Counted from the first letter of the stretch, positions 1-10,691 are shown. The stretch is DNA of 32,000 bases from Bellilinea caldifistulae (GCF_001306055.1 NZ_LGHJ01000020.1:30001-62000); one strand, 5' to 3'. The notes: a model not told the origin generated them from the letters alone. Numbers and translations are program-made.

Positions 1-2476
1 CCTCACCTGGGGTGAGATTGTGGATGAATTAAACTCGCTGCGTTGGCTGGACATGGGGCAAAGTAGCGGGGAAGAACCCCTGCCACTGGCGGAGTCTTTC
101 CAACCCGGTCCGCGTTATGGCGGCCGGTTGAAGCCCTTTTTCGAATACCTCAAAAATCTTTGCAACTTGAAGCAGCCGGTGGTGGTCGTTTCTCGGCAGG
201 TCTCCCGTCTGAAAGCCCTGTGGCGGGAGCAGGGGTGTGAACCCGGGCAGCCCGAGTTTAAAGAAGGCTCTCTCAGTGAGGGCTGGACGCTGATTCTTTC
301 CCCGGAAAAACGTTTTCACCTCTTGACCGACAGTGAAATTTTTGGATGGGAGCGGCCTCAACCCCGCACGCGTGCCAGGCCAATTGCCGAAGCCCCGGAA
401 GCGTCCTATGCCGATTTCAAACCCGGTTCGTGGGTTGTCCACGTGGATTACGGCATTGGCAAGTTCATCGGTCTGGTACAGCGCGTGCTGGATGGGGTTG
501 AGCGTGAATTCCTGTGTGTGGAATACGCCGACGGTGACCAGTTATTTGTACCCGTCCATCAGGCGGACCGCCTGAGCCGCTACATCGGCCCGAGCGGTGA
601 AGCACCCAGTCCAACCCGGCTTGGAAGCAACGAATGGCAAAACACCCGCCAGCGAGTGCGTGAGGCTGTGCTGGAGGTGGCTCAAGATCTCCTCGATCTT
701 TACTCACGCCGTCAGGTCGCCCAGGGTTTTGCTTTCAGTCCCGATACTCCGTGGCAGCAGGATTTGGAGGCCTCCTTTCCGTATGTCGAAACGGAGGATC
801 AACTCAAAGCCATTGCCGAAGTCAAGCGCGACATGGAGCGCCCGCGCCCGATGGATCGGCTGTTGTGCGGTGATGTGGGTTACGGTAAAACCGAAGTCGC
901 TTTGCGGGCGGCTTTCAAAGCCGTGATGGACGGTAAACAGGTTGCCATGCTGGTACCGACAACGGTTTTGGCTCAGCAACACTACGAGACGTTCCGTCAG
1001 CGTCTGGCGGCTTTTCCGGTAGAGGTGGAGATGCTTTCGCGTTTTCGTTCTCCGCGCGAGCAGGATGAAATCATCCTGCGCACGGCCTTAGGGGAAGTGG
1101 ATATCTTGATCGGCACTCATCGCCTGCTTCAACCGGATGTGACTTTCAAAGACCTTGGGTTGTTAATCATTGACGAAGAACAGCGCTTTGGGGTTACTCA
1201 CAAGGAGCATTTCAAAAAGTTTCGTACCGAGGTGGATGTGCTGACCCTTACGGCTACCCCAATACCCAGGACACTGTACATGGCGTTGACCGGTGTTCGT
1301 GATATTTCGGTGATCAATACCCCGCCGGCGGAGCGTTTGCCGATCATCACTCATATTGGCCCGTATTCGCCCCGTCTGGTGCGACAGGCGATTGTGCGCG
1401 AACTGGAACGTGGCGGGCAGGTCTTTTTTGTCCATAATCGTGTTCAGACCATCCGCGCCATGGAACGGCATTTACACAATCTGGTGCCGGAAGCGCGGAT
1501 TGGAGTGGCCCATGGTCAGATGAACGAGGGCGAACTGGCGCAGGTGATGCACGATTTTACCCGCGGCAAAATTGATGTACTGCTGTGTACCTCGATTATC
1601 GAATCGGGTCTGGATATACCCAATGCCAACACCTTGATTGTGGATCGCGGTGACACTTTTGGTCTGGCACAGCTGTACCAGTTACGCGGGCGGGTGGGAC
1701 GCGGAGCTCAGCGTGCGTATGCTTATTTCTTCCGCCACCGGCGTAAACCACCCACGCCGGAGGGGCAGGAACGCCTGGAAGTGATTGCCGAGAACACTCA
1801 ACTGGGAGCCGGTTACTCGATTGCCATGCGGGATCTGGAGATGCGCGGGGCTGGTGAACTGCTGGGAACGAGGCAGCATGGTTATATTGCCAGTGTGGGT
1901 TTTCACCTCTATACCCGCTTGCTGGCGCAGGCAGTTAGGCAGTTGAAGCAGGTGAGCGGTTTAGAAACGGCCGAACTGCCGGTTGATGAGATGCGGGAAT
2001 TAAGTATGGCGGTGGCGGTTGAATTACCTCTGGCGAGTGGTATTCCTTCCTCATATGTGCCGGATCAACAAATCCGCCTGAACCTGTACCGCCGGATTGC
2101 GGATGTCAAAGACCTTGCCGAGCTGGATGCGCTGAGCCTTGAGTTTGAAGATCGTTTTGGCGCTTTGCCGGAGATGGTGCGGAATTTGTTTTATCAGATG
2201 AAAGTCAAATTGATGGCTCAGGAAGCCGGTTTGGTTTCGGTGGCTGTGGAAAATGATCAAATTGTCTTCCGTTTTCCTCCGTTGCCGGAGAATGTAGAAG
2301 CCCGCAATCTACCGCCGATTGGCACAATCGCGCGAGCCGGCAAGAATGCCTATCGCCTGCCGTTCAACCGCGGAGATCCACACTGGCAGGAGACCGTGCT
2401 GGAAACGATTGCTGCTATTCAATCGGTTTTACGCGAGAGCAGGATAGAACCCACCGGTGTAAAAGAAAATATCTAG
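1..2476 (+). CDS. mfd: Transcription-repair coupling factor Mfd, 5' partial. The frame is open to the window start, and roughly the N-terminal UvrB-homology third is missing.
   Basis: It has the CarD/TRCF RNAP-interaction motif WVVHVDYGIGKFIGL. Superfamily-2 helicase motifs are present: GDVGYGKTEVA (I), IIDEEQRFG (II) and QLRGRVGRG (VI). A C-terminal TRCF domain follows. The reading frame has no stop between nt 2 and the listed GTG at 20. Confidence 0.95.
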   Translation, partial: LTWGEIVDELNSLRWLDMGQSSGEEPLPLAESFQPGPRYGGRLKPFFEYLKNLCNLKQPVVVVSRQVSRLKALWREQGCEPGQPEFKEGSLSEGWTLILSPEKRFHLLTDSEIFGWERPQPRTRARPIAEAPEASYADFKPGSWVVHVDYGIGKFIGLVQRVLDGVEREFLCVEYADGDQLFVPVHQADRLSRYIGPSGEAPSPTRLGSNEWQNTRQRVREAVLEVAQDLLDLYSRRQVAQGFAFSPDTPWQQDLEASFPYVETEDQLKAIAEVKRDMERPRPMDRLLCGDVGYGKTEVALRAAFKAVMDGKQVAMLVPTTVLAQQHYETFRQRLAAFPVEVEMLSRFRSPREQDEIILRTALGEVDILIGTHRLLQPDVTFKDLGLLIIDEEQRFGVTHKEHFKKFRTEVDVLTLTATPIPRTLYMALTGVRDISVINTPPAERLPIITHIGPYSPRLVRQAIVRELERGGQVFFVHNRVQTIRAMERHLHNLVPEARIGVAHGQMNEGELAQVMHDFTRGKIDVLLCTSIIESGLDIPNANTLIVDRGDTFGLAQLYQLRGRVGRGAQRAYAYFFRHRRKPPTPEGQERLEVIAENTQLGAGYSIAMRDLEMRGAGELLGTRQHGYIASVGFHLYTRLLAQAVRQLKQVSGLETAELPVDEMRELSMAVAVELPLASGIPSSYVPDQQIRLNLYRRIADVKDLAELDALSLEFEDRFGALPEMVRNLFYQMKVKLMAQEAGLVSVAVENDQIVFRFPPLPENVEARNLPPIGTIARAGKNAYRLPFNRGDPHWQETVLETIAAIQSVLRESRIEPTGVKENI

Positions 2477-2501
2477 AAATAATGTTCTTTTTAATAAAGC
2501 A

Positions 2502-2510
2502 TGTTACAAT
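2502..2510 (+). promoter_or_regulatory. Possible extended -10 promoter element (TGtTACAAT) upstream of uvrB
   Basis: TG at 2502-2503, one spacer nt, then TACAAT at 2505-2510 in the 75-nt AT-rich mfd-uvrB spacer. No good -35 hexamer is present. Confidence 0.25.
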
Positions 2511-2551
2511 CGAAAGGTTGAGCGGCTCACGGATGTAGAGAGGATAATCTT

Positions 2552-4600
2552 ATGGAGTTCAAACTGCAAGCACCTTATATTCCGACCGGCGACCAGCCGG
2601 AAGCCATCCGTCAACTGGTTGAAGGGGTGCGCAAAGGATATCGTCATCAGGTGCTGTTAGGTGCGACCGGTACCGGCAAGACATTTTCGATGGCCAATGT
2701 GATTCAAGAACTTCAAATGCCGGCGCTGGTGATGGCGCACAATAAGACTCTGGCAGCGCAGTTGTACGCTGAATTTAAGGAGTTCTTTCCCGAAAACGCT
2801 GTGGAGTACTTTGTCAGTTATTACGATTATTACCAACCAGAGGCTTATGTTCCTCAGCACGATTTATACATCGAAAAAGAAACCGAAATCAACGAGGAAA
2901 TAGAGCGTTTACGGCTTGCGGCTACTACCGCTTTGATGACCCGCCGGGATGTGATCATTGTGGCTTCGGTTTCCTGCATTTATGGTTTGGGCAGTCCGGA
3001 GGAATTTGGGAAGGGGCAGATTCAGCTGGAAGTCGGAAAAATTTATCGGCGGAATGCCTTGCTGCGTCAGCTGGTTGAGATTCAGTATCAACGCAACGAT
3101 CTGGAATTGCGCGGGGGGACTTTTCGGGTAAGGGGGGATACGCTGGAGGTCTTTCCGGCTTATGAGGATCGCAAGGTGATTCGGATCGCCTTCTTTGGCG
3201 ATGAAGTTGAACGGATTCAGGTGGTCAATTCTCTGACTGGTGAACTGCTTTCTCAACCGGATTCGATCGTCATCTTTCCTGCCAAACATTACATCACCGG
3301 TGAAGAACGATTGAAAATTGCCATCCAGAATATCGAGGCCGAGTTGGAAGAACGGCTGGCTTACTTCCGGAAGAACAATCAATTTCTGGAAGCACAGCGG
3401 TTAGAACAACGAACCCGGTATGACCTTGAAATGTTGCGCGAAGCGGGTTACTGTTCCGGCATTGAAAACTACTCCCGTCATCTGGATCAACGCCCGCCGG
3501 GTTCGCCACCTTGGACGCTGATTGACTACCTGCCGAGTGAATACCTGTTAATTATTGATGAATCCCACATGACCATTCCGCAGATCCGCGGCATGTATAA
3601 CGGTGACCGTTCGCGCAAGGAAACGCTGGTAGAGTTCGGCTTCCGTCTGCCTTCAGCGCTGGATAACCGGCCATTGAAGTTTGATGAGTTTGAAGAACAC
3701 ATGGGTTATACCATTTATACTTCAGCCACACCCGGCCCTTATGAAATGGCACGCGCCGAGCAGGTAGTCGAGCAGATCATCCGTCCGACTGGGCTGGTTG
3801 ATCCGGAGGTGGAAGTGCGTCCGACTCGCGGACAGGTGGATGACCTGGTCAAGGAAATCCGCAAGCGGGTTGAGGTGGGAGAACGGGTGCTGGTGACAAC
3901 CCTTACCAAGCGCATGGCAGAAGACCTGTCCGACTACTTAATGGAGATGGGCATCAAAGTGCATTACCTGCACTCGGAGGTTGAAACGCTGGAGCGGGTT
4001 GGCATATTACGCGATTTACGGCGAGGTGTCTTCGATGTGGTAGTCGGCATCAATTTGCTGCGCGAAGGGCTGGATTTGCCGGAAGTATCCCTCGTTGCGA
4101 TAATCGATGCGGACAAAGAAGGCTTTTTGCGATCTTCCACTGCCTTGATTCAAACCATTGGACGGGCTGCCCGGCATGTCAATGGTCGGGTAATCATGTA
4201 TGCCGATACCATCACCGATTCAATGAAAACGGCGATTGACGAGACCAACCGCCGCCGTGCCAAACAAATCGCCTACAATCAGGCTCATGGCATTGAACCA
4301 GTCGGCATTGTCAAAGCCATTCATGATATTACCGAACGCATATCCGCCGGCGCCGGGGTTGCCGAGGGGCGGGGTGAATATCGAACCGGCGAAAAAGGTG
4401 GTTTTCTGCCGATGCCCGCCAATGAGTTGAAGCGTCTGATCAATGAGATGGAAAAACAAATGAAACAGGCTGCAAAAGACCTGGAGTTTGAAAAGGCAGC
4501 CGCCTTGAGAGATCAGATCTTTGAATTGCGGGCTTTACTGGCAGAGGAAAGCAACCTGCCCCCCTGGAAAAAAGCGCAATTGCTGGCAGGCGAAGATTAG
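2552..4600 (+). CDS. uvrB: Excinuclease ABC subunit B (UvrB)
   Basis: Walker [18 protein letters not shown] helicase motif II, a conserved [13 protein letters not shown] block, and a C-terminal UVR domain ([16 protein letters not shown]). A GAGAGG RBS precedes the ATG. Confidence 0.97.
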   Translation: MEFKLQAPYIPTGDQPEAIRQLVEGVRKGYRHQVLLGATGTGKTFSMANVIQELQMPALVMAHNKTLAAQLYAEFKEFFPENAVEYFVSYYDYYQPEAYVPQHDLYIEKETEINEEIERLRLAATTALMTRRDVIIVASVSCIYGLGSPEEFGKGQIQLEVGKIYRRNALLRQLVEIQYQRNDLELRGGTFRVRGDTLEVFPAYEDRKVIRIAFFGDEVERIQVVNSLTGELLSQPDSIVIFPAKHYITGEERLKIAIQNIEAELEERLAYFRKNNQFLEAQRLEQRTRYDLEMLREAGYCSGIENYSRHLDQRPPGSPPWTLIDYLPSEYLLIIDESHMTIPQIRGMYNGDRSRKETLVEFGFRLPSALDNRPLKFDEFEEHMGYTIYTSATPGPYEMARAEQVVEQIIRPTGLVDPEVEVRPTRGQVDDLVKEIRKRVEVGERVLVTTLTKRMAEDLSDYLMEMGIKVHYLHSEVETLERVGILRDLRRGVFDVVVGINLLREGLDLPEVSLVAIIDADKEGFLRSSTALIQTIGRAARHVNGRVIMYADTITDSMKTAIDETNRRRAKQIAYNQAHGIEPVGIVKAIHDITERISAGAGVAEGRGEYRTGEKGGFLPMPANELKRLINEMEKQMKQAAKDLEFEKAAALRDQIFELRALLAEESNLPPWKKAQLLAGED

Positions 4601-4707
4601 AGTTGGCTTAGTTTTTGCTGCGGCGCAACCGGCTTGATCAAAGAAGTCGGTATACTTCGGATTGGTTAAGCGCTGCGGGTTTTAACTTTGCGGATTCAGG
4701 AGGAAGC

Positions 4708-5568
4708 ATGAGTGTACAGGCCAATGCCACCCGAAAAAGCAATCTCTTCCAGAGGCACATCGCCGTTCCGGTGGAACATGGCTCGTGGGTGTTTTTACTC
4801 GGCCCGATGATGGTTGGACTGGTGATTTCTGGCGGGTGGAACAGCGCCCAAGGATGGGTGATTCTGGCAGCATTGGCGGGTTTCTTTTTCCGCCAGCCGC
4901 TTACGATATTGATTAAAGTGATCAGCCACCGACGTCCCTCTAAAGAGCGCTTGCCGGCTTTGTTCTGGATGGGAATATATGGTTTGATTGGGCTGATCGG
5001 CGTAGCCGGCATGCTCAGTCAGGATTTGGGTTTTCTGGTAATTCTGGCTTTGCCGGCATTTCCGGTGTTACTCTGGCACTTGTGGCTGGTCAGCCGGCGC
5101 GAAGAACGGCGAAAGCCAATTGTGGAAATTGCTGGCAGCGGGGTACTGGGGTTGGCAGCGCCAGCGGTTTATTGGTCAGGGATCGGCGGGATAAACTGGA
5201 GCGGGTGGGTGCTCTGGCTGCTGTTGTGGCTGCAGGCGATTGGTTCGATATTATATGCCTACCTGCGTCTTAATCAGCGAGAGTGGAAGGTATTGCCTAC
5301 CTGGGGGGAGAGGATACGGGCAGGCCGGACAGCGTTACTGGTATGTGGGGGAAGCTTTGCTGTGGTCGGGTTACTTTCAACAGCGGGGTTGCTGCCGCCG
5401 CTGCTCCCCCTGGCTTACCTGATTCAATTTACCGAAGCAGTTTGGGGAACCATCAGGCCGGCTGTTGGTGTAAAACCGGTAGCGATTGGCGTGCGCCAGT
5501 TGATAATCAGTACCCTGTTCATGTTCGTTTTTGCCCTCTTGTGGATTCAGCCGGCGTTTGGGTTCTAG
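4708..5568 (+). CDS. YwiC-like polytopic membrane protein (function unknown)
   Basis: The protein is strongly hydrophobic with about 8 predicted TM segments. Its N-terminus has the pattern HIAVPVEHGSWVFLLGPMMVGL, typical of YwiC-like proteins. I prefer the ATG at 4708, preceded by the AGGAGGAAGC RBS, over the upstream start at 4615 listed in the ORF track. Confidence 0.6.
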   Translation: MSVQANATRKSNLFQRHIAVPVEHGSWVFLLGPMMVGLVISGGWNSAQGWVILAALAGFFFRQPLTILIKVISHRRPSKERLPALFWMGIYGLIGLIGVAGMLSQDLGFLVILALPAFPVLLWHLWLVSRREERRKPIVEIAGSGVLGLAAPAVYWSGIGGINWSGWVLWLLLWLQAIGSILYAYLRLNQREWKVLPTWGERIRAGRTALLVCGGSFAVVGLLSTAGLLPPLLPLAYLIQFTEAVWGTIRPAVGVKPVAIGVRQLIISTLFMFVFALLWIQPAFGF

Positions 5569-5572
5569 CGCT

Positions 5573-7735
5573 TCAGGCTGTTTGGGCGTAATCCGACAAA
5601 TCCCCGTACAACAGGGCGCGGTTGCGTCCAGTTTTCTTGACCCGGTAAAGGGCGTGATCGGCATGACGCAGCAAGTTGGTCAGGTCATAGCCGGAGGTGG
5701 TATTGGTGGATATTCCCATGCTGATGGTGATGAAGAGCAATTCATTGCCGATATTGATGGGTTCAAGGCTGATGGACTGGCGCAGCCGGTCTAAAACAGG
5801 CCTGAGACCGGCATCCGAAATGCCGGAAAGCAACAAAACGAATTCATCACCGCCATAGCGGCCGAGCACATCGGATGCTCGCAGTCGGTTAGCGATGCGA
5901 CGGGCAACAGTGCTTAAGATATGATCGCCGATAGAATGCCCGTAGGAATCATTAAAGTCTTTGAAGTTGTCCAGATCAAAGACCACCACCGCCACCGGCG
6001 TATTGGCGCGACGGTTTTGTTCGATCACCTCGTTGCATTTTTGGAATAAGCCGCGCCGGTTATATACCCCGGTCAACGGATCGGTTACGGATAAACTTTG
6101 GACTTCTTCATACAAACGGGCGTTTTGCACGGCCAGGGCAGCTTGATCGGCAAAGGCTTGCAGACGAAAGACAACTTCCTCGTTGAAAAACCCGGGCACA
6201 GCACTATCCAGATTCAGAAATCCAATCACCTGCCCGCGGCTGAGCAGCGGCATTCCCGCGTAAGATTTGATCCAACCCATGGTTGAATTGCCACGCCAGA
6301 GGGATGATTTTTCGGTATCCGGGATGACCAGCGGCAGAAGACTTTCCACCATCTTTTGAAGGGTTGGAAATTCAATTAATTTGAAACGCAAACCCTCCAG
6401 ATATTCACCCGTCTGGTTGGAAAGATAACCTTGATGGAAAAGTACCTCCACCCATTCGCCATCCAGCAGCATGATGTTGGCCGATTCGTGCGGAACAACC
6501 TTGCCGACGTTGAGCAGAATACGTTCGAGCACCTCGCGGAAGTTGAGGGTACTGTTCAAGGCAGCGGCGGTATCCCGTAAAGCGTCCGATAGTGCGCGGA
6601 GTTGACGTTCGGTTTCTTCCGCCCACTTGCGCTCGGTAATATCAAATGCAATCACCACGAACCCCAAATTTTGTTCCAGGTCACGAATAGGGGTAACCGT
6701 GCAGTAAGCGGTAAAGTCAGCTCCGTTTTTCCGTTTGAGAGTAACTTCGCCGCTCCACAAATCGCCGCGCCGGACAGTGGCACGGATGTGCTCAATAGCA
6801 GGTAAAGAGGACAGCGGAATGAAGGTTTCGAGGATGGGTTTCCCACGAATACTTTCAATTGGGTAGCCAAACAACTGTTCGCAATACTGGTTCGCGTAAG
6901 TGATATTACCGTTCTGATCAACGGCGATGGCAGCCTGACCGATGTGGTCCAGCAAGTCTGCCTGAAAGCGGATTTGTTTCTCGCGTTCTTTTTGATCGGT
7001 AATATCCCGAAAACTGGCAATTGCCCCGCTAAATACCTCACCCTCTATTAATGGAATGGCGGTCACCGATAACCAATGCAATTTCCCGTTCGAGTCAATC
7101 AGTCCCTGTTCAAAATTCTCTACTGCTTGTTTTTGGTTCAACACAATGGAAAGAGGAAGTTGTTCAGGGGTCAAGGGAGTAAGAAAATTATCCACCTGTA
7201 TCCAGCGGCAGTGTTCACAAGAAGATTGGAGCAGCTGATCTTGATGATGATCGAATATCTGCTCGGCAGCCCGGTTGGAAAATATCATCTCCCCGGCATG
7301 GTTGACCATCACAATCCCCTCGGATAATGTATGCAAGATGGTTTCCATTCGTTGTTGTGCCTTTTGAAACGCCTGCTTTGCTTTTACCTGCTCTGTGATA
7401 ACTTGAAAATAAACGGAGATACCCTTGGATTGGGGGTAGACTCTGACCTGATACCAGTTTTCATAAGGGGGTTGATTGAAGTAAGTCTCAAAGGACAGAG
7501 ACTGTTTGGATTGGATGGCGTAACGGTATTTTTCTTCAAAAATCGAGCCTTTGGCTTCCGGAAAGACTTCAAATAATGGTTTACCGAGTACTTCCCGGCG
7601 GTTGCGGTGCAGCATTCTTTCGGCAGCCTGATTGAAGTAAGTCACGACAAGATGATCGTCCAGCGAAAAGAAGGCATCGCTAATACTTTCCAAAATTTTT
7701 TGAGGTTGTTCTGCAAATTCAATTGGTGGGGACAT
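5573..7735 (-). CDS. Sensor diguanylate cyclase with several PAS domains, a GAF domain and a C-terminal GGDEF domain
   Basis: An intact GGDEF active site (RYGGDEFVLLL) with an RxxD I-site (RASD) five residues upstream. Several PAS-like repeats are present (e.g. FRDITDQKEREKQ and FDITERKWAEE PAC ends), plus a GAF-like segment before the GGDEF domain. Confidence 0.9.
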   Translation of the reverse strand: MSPPIEFAEQPQKILESISDAFFSLDDHLVVTYFNQAAERMLHRNRREVLGKPLFEVFPEAKGSIFEEKYRYAIQSKQSLSFETYFNQPPYENWYQVRVYPQSKGISVYFQVITEQVKAKQAFQKAQQRMETILHTLSEGIVMVNHAGEMIFSNRAAEQIFDHHQDQLLQSSCEHCRWIQVDNFLTPLTPEQLPLSIVLNQKQAVENFEQGLIDSNGKLHWLSVTAIPLIEGEVFSGAIASFRDITDQKEREKQIRFQADLLDHIGQAAIAVDQNGNITYANQYCEQLFGYPIESIRGKPILETFIPLSSLPAIEHIRATVRRGDLWSGEVTLKRKNGADFTAYCTVTPIRDLEQNLGFVVIAFDITERKWAEETERQLRALSDALRDTAAALNSTLNFREVLERILLNVGKVVPHESANIMLLDGEWVEVLFHQGYLSNQTGEYLEGLRFKLIEFPTLQKMVESLLPLVIPDTEKSSLWRGNSTMGWIKSYAGMPLLSRGQVIGFLNLDSAVPGFFNEEVVFRLQAFADQAALAVQNARLYEEVQSLSVTDPLTGVYNRRGLFQKCNEVIEQNRRANTPVAVVVFDLDNFKDFNDSYGHSIGDHILSTVARRIANRLRASDVLGRYGGDEFVLLLSGISDAGLRPVLDRLRQSISLEPINIGNELLFITISMGISTNTTSGYDLTNLLRHADHALYRVKKTGRNRALLYGDLSDYAQTA

Positions 7736-7807
7736 CCTTCATCCATCACAAATAACTCAATCATACCCACTAAAACGCTCTATATTGCATAGTTTATTGG
7801 AAATGTA

Positions 7808-7827
7808 AAGGATTTGCAAGGATTTGC
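7808..7827. repeat. Perfect tandem direct repeat AAGGATTTGC x2 in the divergent intergenic region between the diguanylate cyclase and the CAP-protein gene
   Basis: Read directly: aaggatttgc aaggatttgc at 7808-7817 and 7818-7827. This may be a regulator binding site; the function is unknown. Confidence 0.5.
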
Positions 7828-7854
7828 TTAGCATTTTTCAGTTAAGATTGGATT

Positions 7855-9102
7855 GTGAAAAATGTGAGTCGCTTCTACATACATAAAGTAAACCCAATTA
7901 TTCTCTGTCTGGTTGCGGTTTTAGTGTGGGGCTTGTCCGTTTCGCCGGCTGTCGTCCGTGCAGACGACTCGGTTCTGCCCGTGGTGGGCGAACCGGCAGC
8001 AGTGGATGAAACGAGTGAGCCGCACAACTCGATTCAGTTCAACGGCTGCGAACGCCAGAATTTTGAGCCGGTCAATGCGGAGTTTGAACAGCGGGTCGTA
8101 GAGCTGGTCAATCAAGAGCGTAACAAGCAAGATCTGCCTCCATTGAAATGGAATATAGACCTGGGTTATGCCGCTCGCTATCATGCCCGCGATATGGCGG
8201 AAGACGGGTACTTCAATCATGATTCCTACGATGGCGGACAAATGATCTGCAGCTGGAGCACGCGGATTGGAAAATTTTACAGCGGTTGGAGCAGCCTGGC
8301 AGAAAACATTGCAGCCGGTTATACCACACCGGAGAATGTGATCAGCGGCTGGATGAACTCCTCGGGTCATCGGGCTAACATCCTCAGTCCCAGCAACCGT
8401 GAAATTGGAGTGGGATACTGGTCGGGTGGCTCTTACCGTTATTACTGGGTGCAGGATTTCGGACGGCGTAGCTCGGTTTATCCGGTGGTGATTAACCGGG
8501 AGTATGCCAGGACCAGTTCGCCGGACGTAGAATTGTATATTTACGGACAGGGGGTGTGGACGGAAATGCGCCTGCGTAACGATGACGGGAATTGGAGCGA
8601 GTGGCGGCCGTTTCAGTCACGCCTTAACTGGCGCTTGAACCGGGTAAAGGGGATACGCACGGTAACGGTTGAATTGCGCAACGGGTCAGGTACAACCAGC
8701 AGTTGGGATACGATTGAATTGACCACGTCAGCTCCCGAATTGGAGGTACAACCGGCTTCTCTGACTTTCTTCTACGAAACCAGCACCGGACGACTGATCC
8801 CTCCCTCCGCTTCGGTCTTCATTCAAAACAGCGGCAATGATCAGGTGCTGAACTGGGTGGTGGAAAATATCAACGGGGATTGGTTCTCTCCTTCGGCATT
8901 GGCAGGCAGTACCCCGGCCAGCCTTGTGATTAGTCCGGTTCCCAATGGCGGGTCGTTTGTTCAGAATCAAATTTTGAGTGGCGGCTTGACCATCCGCATT
9001 ACGGATACTTTCCCGGTAGCGGGTTCACCAAGGCAGGTTGCGGTACAGGTGCTTGTGGTTGAGCGGGTACAGCAGGTTTTCTTGCCGATGGTGAGAAGAT
9101 AA
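7855..9102 (+). CDS. Secreted CAP/SCP (PR-1-like, YkwD-type) domain protein with a C-terminal beta-rich (Ig/BACON-like) extension
   Basis: N-terminal signal peptide (ILCLVAVLVWGLSVSPAVVRA/DD). CAP-domain signatures are present: ARYHARDMAEDGYFNHDS and GWMNSSGHRANIL. The start could be the GTG at 7855 or the GTG at 7864. Confidence 0.8.
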   Translation: MKNVSRFYIHKVNPIILCLVAVLVWGLSVSPAVVRADDSVLPVVGEPAAVDETSEPHNSIQFNGCERQNFEPVNAEFEQRVVELVNQERNKQDLPPLKWNIDLGYAARYHARDMAEDGYFNHDSYDGGQMICSWSTRIGKFYSGWSSLAENIAAGYTTPENVISGWMNSSGHRANILSPSNREIGVGYWSGGSYRYYWVQDFGRRSSVYPVVINREYARTSSPDVELYIYGQGVWTEMRLRNDDGNWSEWRPFQSRLNWRLNRVKGIRTVTVELRNGSGTTSSWDTIELTTSAPELEVQPASLTFFYETSTGRLIPPSASVFIQNSGNDQVLNWVVENINGDWFSPSALAGSTPASLVISPVPNGGSFVQNQILSGGLTIRITDTFPVAGSPRQVAVQVLVVERVQQVFLPMVRR

Positions 9103-9117
9103 GCAATAGATGCTCGA

Positions 9118-9771
9118 TCAGGTCAGGGCTGGCCTTGAAAGAGACTGCACCACCCGCGCGGCGGCTTTAACCTGAGCCGTGATCTGGTCAAACCGCCCAT
9201 TTTTGATCCATTGCCGTTTTACCAACCAGGAACCTCCTACAGCCAGAACCCGCTCGTGGGTCAGATAGCTCGACAGGTTATCGGTTTGGATGCCGCCGGT
9301 GGGTATAAAGCGAACGCTGGGGAATGGATCGGAAACCGCTTTGATGGCAGCAATTCCGCCCATTGTTTCAGCCGGAAAAAATTTGAACACTTCGATGCCC
9401 AGCCGCAGCCCTTGAAGAATTTCGTGGGGGGTGACGGCGCCGGGCAAAAACGGGATTCCCTCACTCAGTGCCCATTCAACGGCATCCTGCGGTAAGCCGG
9501 GGGAAACCAGAAAATCTGCCCCGGCTGAGGCTGCCTGTCTGGCCTGATCCAGAGTCAGAATTGTTCCTGCCCCCAGTGTAATGTTCGGATAAGCCCTGCG
9601 GATAGACTGAATGGCTTGCAGAGCAGCCGGTGTCCGCAGGGTGATTTCGACGAGCGGTAGCCCGGCTTCAATCAGGGTGCGGGCCAGCACTTCGGCACGG
9701 CTAGAGTCGTCAATTTCCACAACGGGAATGAGACCGAGGGAGTAGATGGTGCGATAGATCGGGTTGAGCAT
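9118..9771 (-). CDS. eda: 2-dehydro-3-deoxyphosphogluconate / 4-hydroxy-2-oxoglutarate aldolase (KDPG aldolase family)
   Basis: The family pattern is present: LVEITLRTPAALQAI, GAGTILT, FLVSPG, KFFPAE, PTGGI, VGGSWL. Confidence 0.85.
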   Translation of the reverse strand: MLNPIYRTIYSLGLIPVVEIDDSSRAEVLARTLIEAGLPLVEITLRTPAALQAIQSIRRAYPNITLGAGTILTLDQARQAASAGADFLVSPGLPQDAVEWALSEGIPFLPGAVTPHEILQGLRLGIEVFKFFPAETMGGIAAIKAVSDPFPSVRFIPTGGIQTDNLSSYLTHERVLAVGGSWLVKRQWIKNGRFDQITAQVKAAARVVQSLSRPALT

Positions 9772-9773
9772 CT

Positions 9774-10691
9774 CTAAAAATCCAGAAATCGGCTTGGGTT
9801 TTCCACTAATAGAGTGTTGATTGCGTATTCCTCTACCCCAAAACTTTTCAAGCGTGGGATAAAATCCAGGAGGATGTGACCGAGACCGAGTGTCAGGGGG
9901 TTGTGAACCTTCCAGGACGATTTGCGCGCCCGGTCACCAGAAAGCAGGATTTGCCGCAGATAGCCGGCTTCAATCAGGTCGCGGATCAGAATGGCGCGCT
10001 GATCATCCGACCAGTATTGTTCTTTACCAATCTGGTCGAATCCCAGAAAAACGCCTCGTTGAGCGAGCTGGAAGTAAATCTCGCGCGGTAAATTCCGGTC
10101 GAGGTGGCCGATGAGCAATTTTTGAGGAGAAACACCCGCCTCAAGCAGCAACTCGGCCTGTTCAAGGGCGAATGTTCCTGCTTCGGTATGGGTGCTGACC
10201 GGCGCGCCGGTTTTGCGGTGGGCAATACCGGCGGCTTGAATAACGCGCAGTTCTACATCGGCGGCATGATTCAGGCTGGTGGCGGCCTTGATTGCCCCGG
10301 CGCAGATGCCGGTTTCCCCAATTCCGACAGTGATTTCCTGTATCATTCGTTCGGCGATGTGTTCAGAAGATTGATTTTGTAAAAGTTCGGCAGAAAACTT
10401 TGCTTTGTGGTGACCCGTGACGGCGATAATATGAACACCGGTTGCCTGTGAAATTTGGGCGAGGTCAAGCGGTGAACGGCCGATTTCCTCAGTGGTCATT
10501 TCAACCAGCGCACCACCGCCAAGCGATTTGAAATAACGCAATTCGGCAACGGCTGCGGGAATTGAATCAAGACCGAGATCGGCATCTTCAAGCGCCATCG
10601 AATCGGGCGGGTACCAGAGAACATGCTCGTGGCAGGCAGTAATCCCCAATTGCCCGGCAGGGATAGAACCCAGTACAGTTTGAACTGCCAT
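9774..10691 (-). CDS. Phosphotriesterase-related (PTE/PHP, amidohydrolase cog1735) protein, a likely (phospho)sugar lactonase
   Basis: N-terminal metal-binding HxH (ITACHEHVLW), an internal STHTE motif, and GHLD and DR motifs typical of the PTE family. Confidence 0.8.
   Translation of the reverse strand: MAVQTVLGSIPAGQLGITACHEHVLWYPPDSMALEDADLGLDSIPAAVAELRYFKSLGGGALVEMTTEEIGRSPLDLAQISQATGVHIIAVTGHHKAKFSAELLQNQSSEHIAERMIQEITVGIGETGICAGAIKAATSLNHAADVELRVIQAAGIAHRKTGAPVSTHTEAGTFALEQAELLLEAGVSPQKLLIGHLDRNLPREIYFQLAQRGVFLGFDQIGKEQYWSDDQRAILIRDLIEAGYLRQILLSGDRARKSSWKVHNPLTLGLGHILLDFIPRLKSFGVEEYAINTLLVENPSRFLDF

Noticed and set aside
2477-2551. A search for LexA/SOS boxes (GAAC-N4-GTTC or CTGT-N8-ACAG types) upstream of uvrB, and likewise upstream of the RecA-like/PolB cassette (29226-29397)
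   Set aside because: Only isolated GTTC half-sites were found (2484-2487, and gcGTTCtgg near 29388), with no matching inverted partner. No SOS box can be claimed from the sequence. The LexA motif of this lineage is unknown to me.
1-4600. The adjacency of mfd and uvrB as a possible special repair operon
   Set aside because: Both are ordinary housekeeping NER genes with standard motifs. A 75-nt spacer with its own putative promoter separates them. Nothing in the sequence suggests anything beyond conventional function.
4615-4707. The upstream start at 4615 given in the ORF track for the YwiC-like membrane protein
   Set aside because: The extra 31 residues (MLRRNRLDQRSRYTSDW...) are non-hydrophobic and lack an RBS. 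The ATG at 4708 is preceded by AGGAGGAAGC and starts just before the conserved HGSW membrane region.
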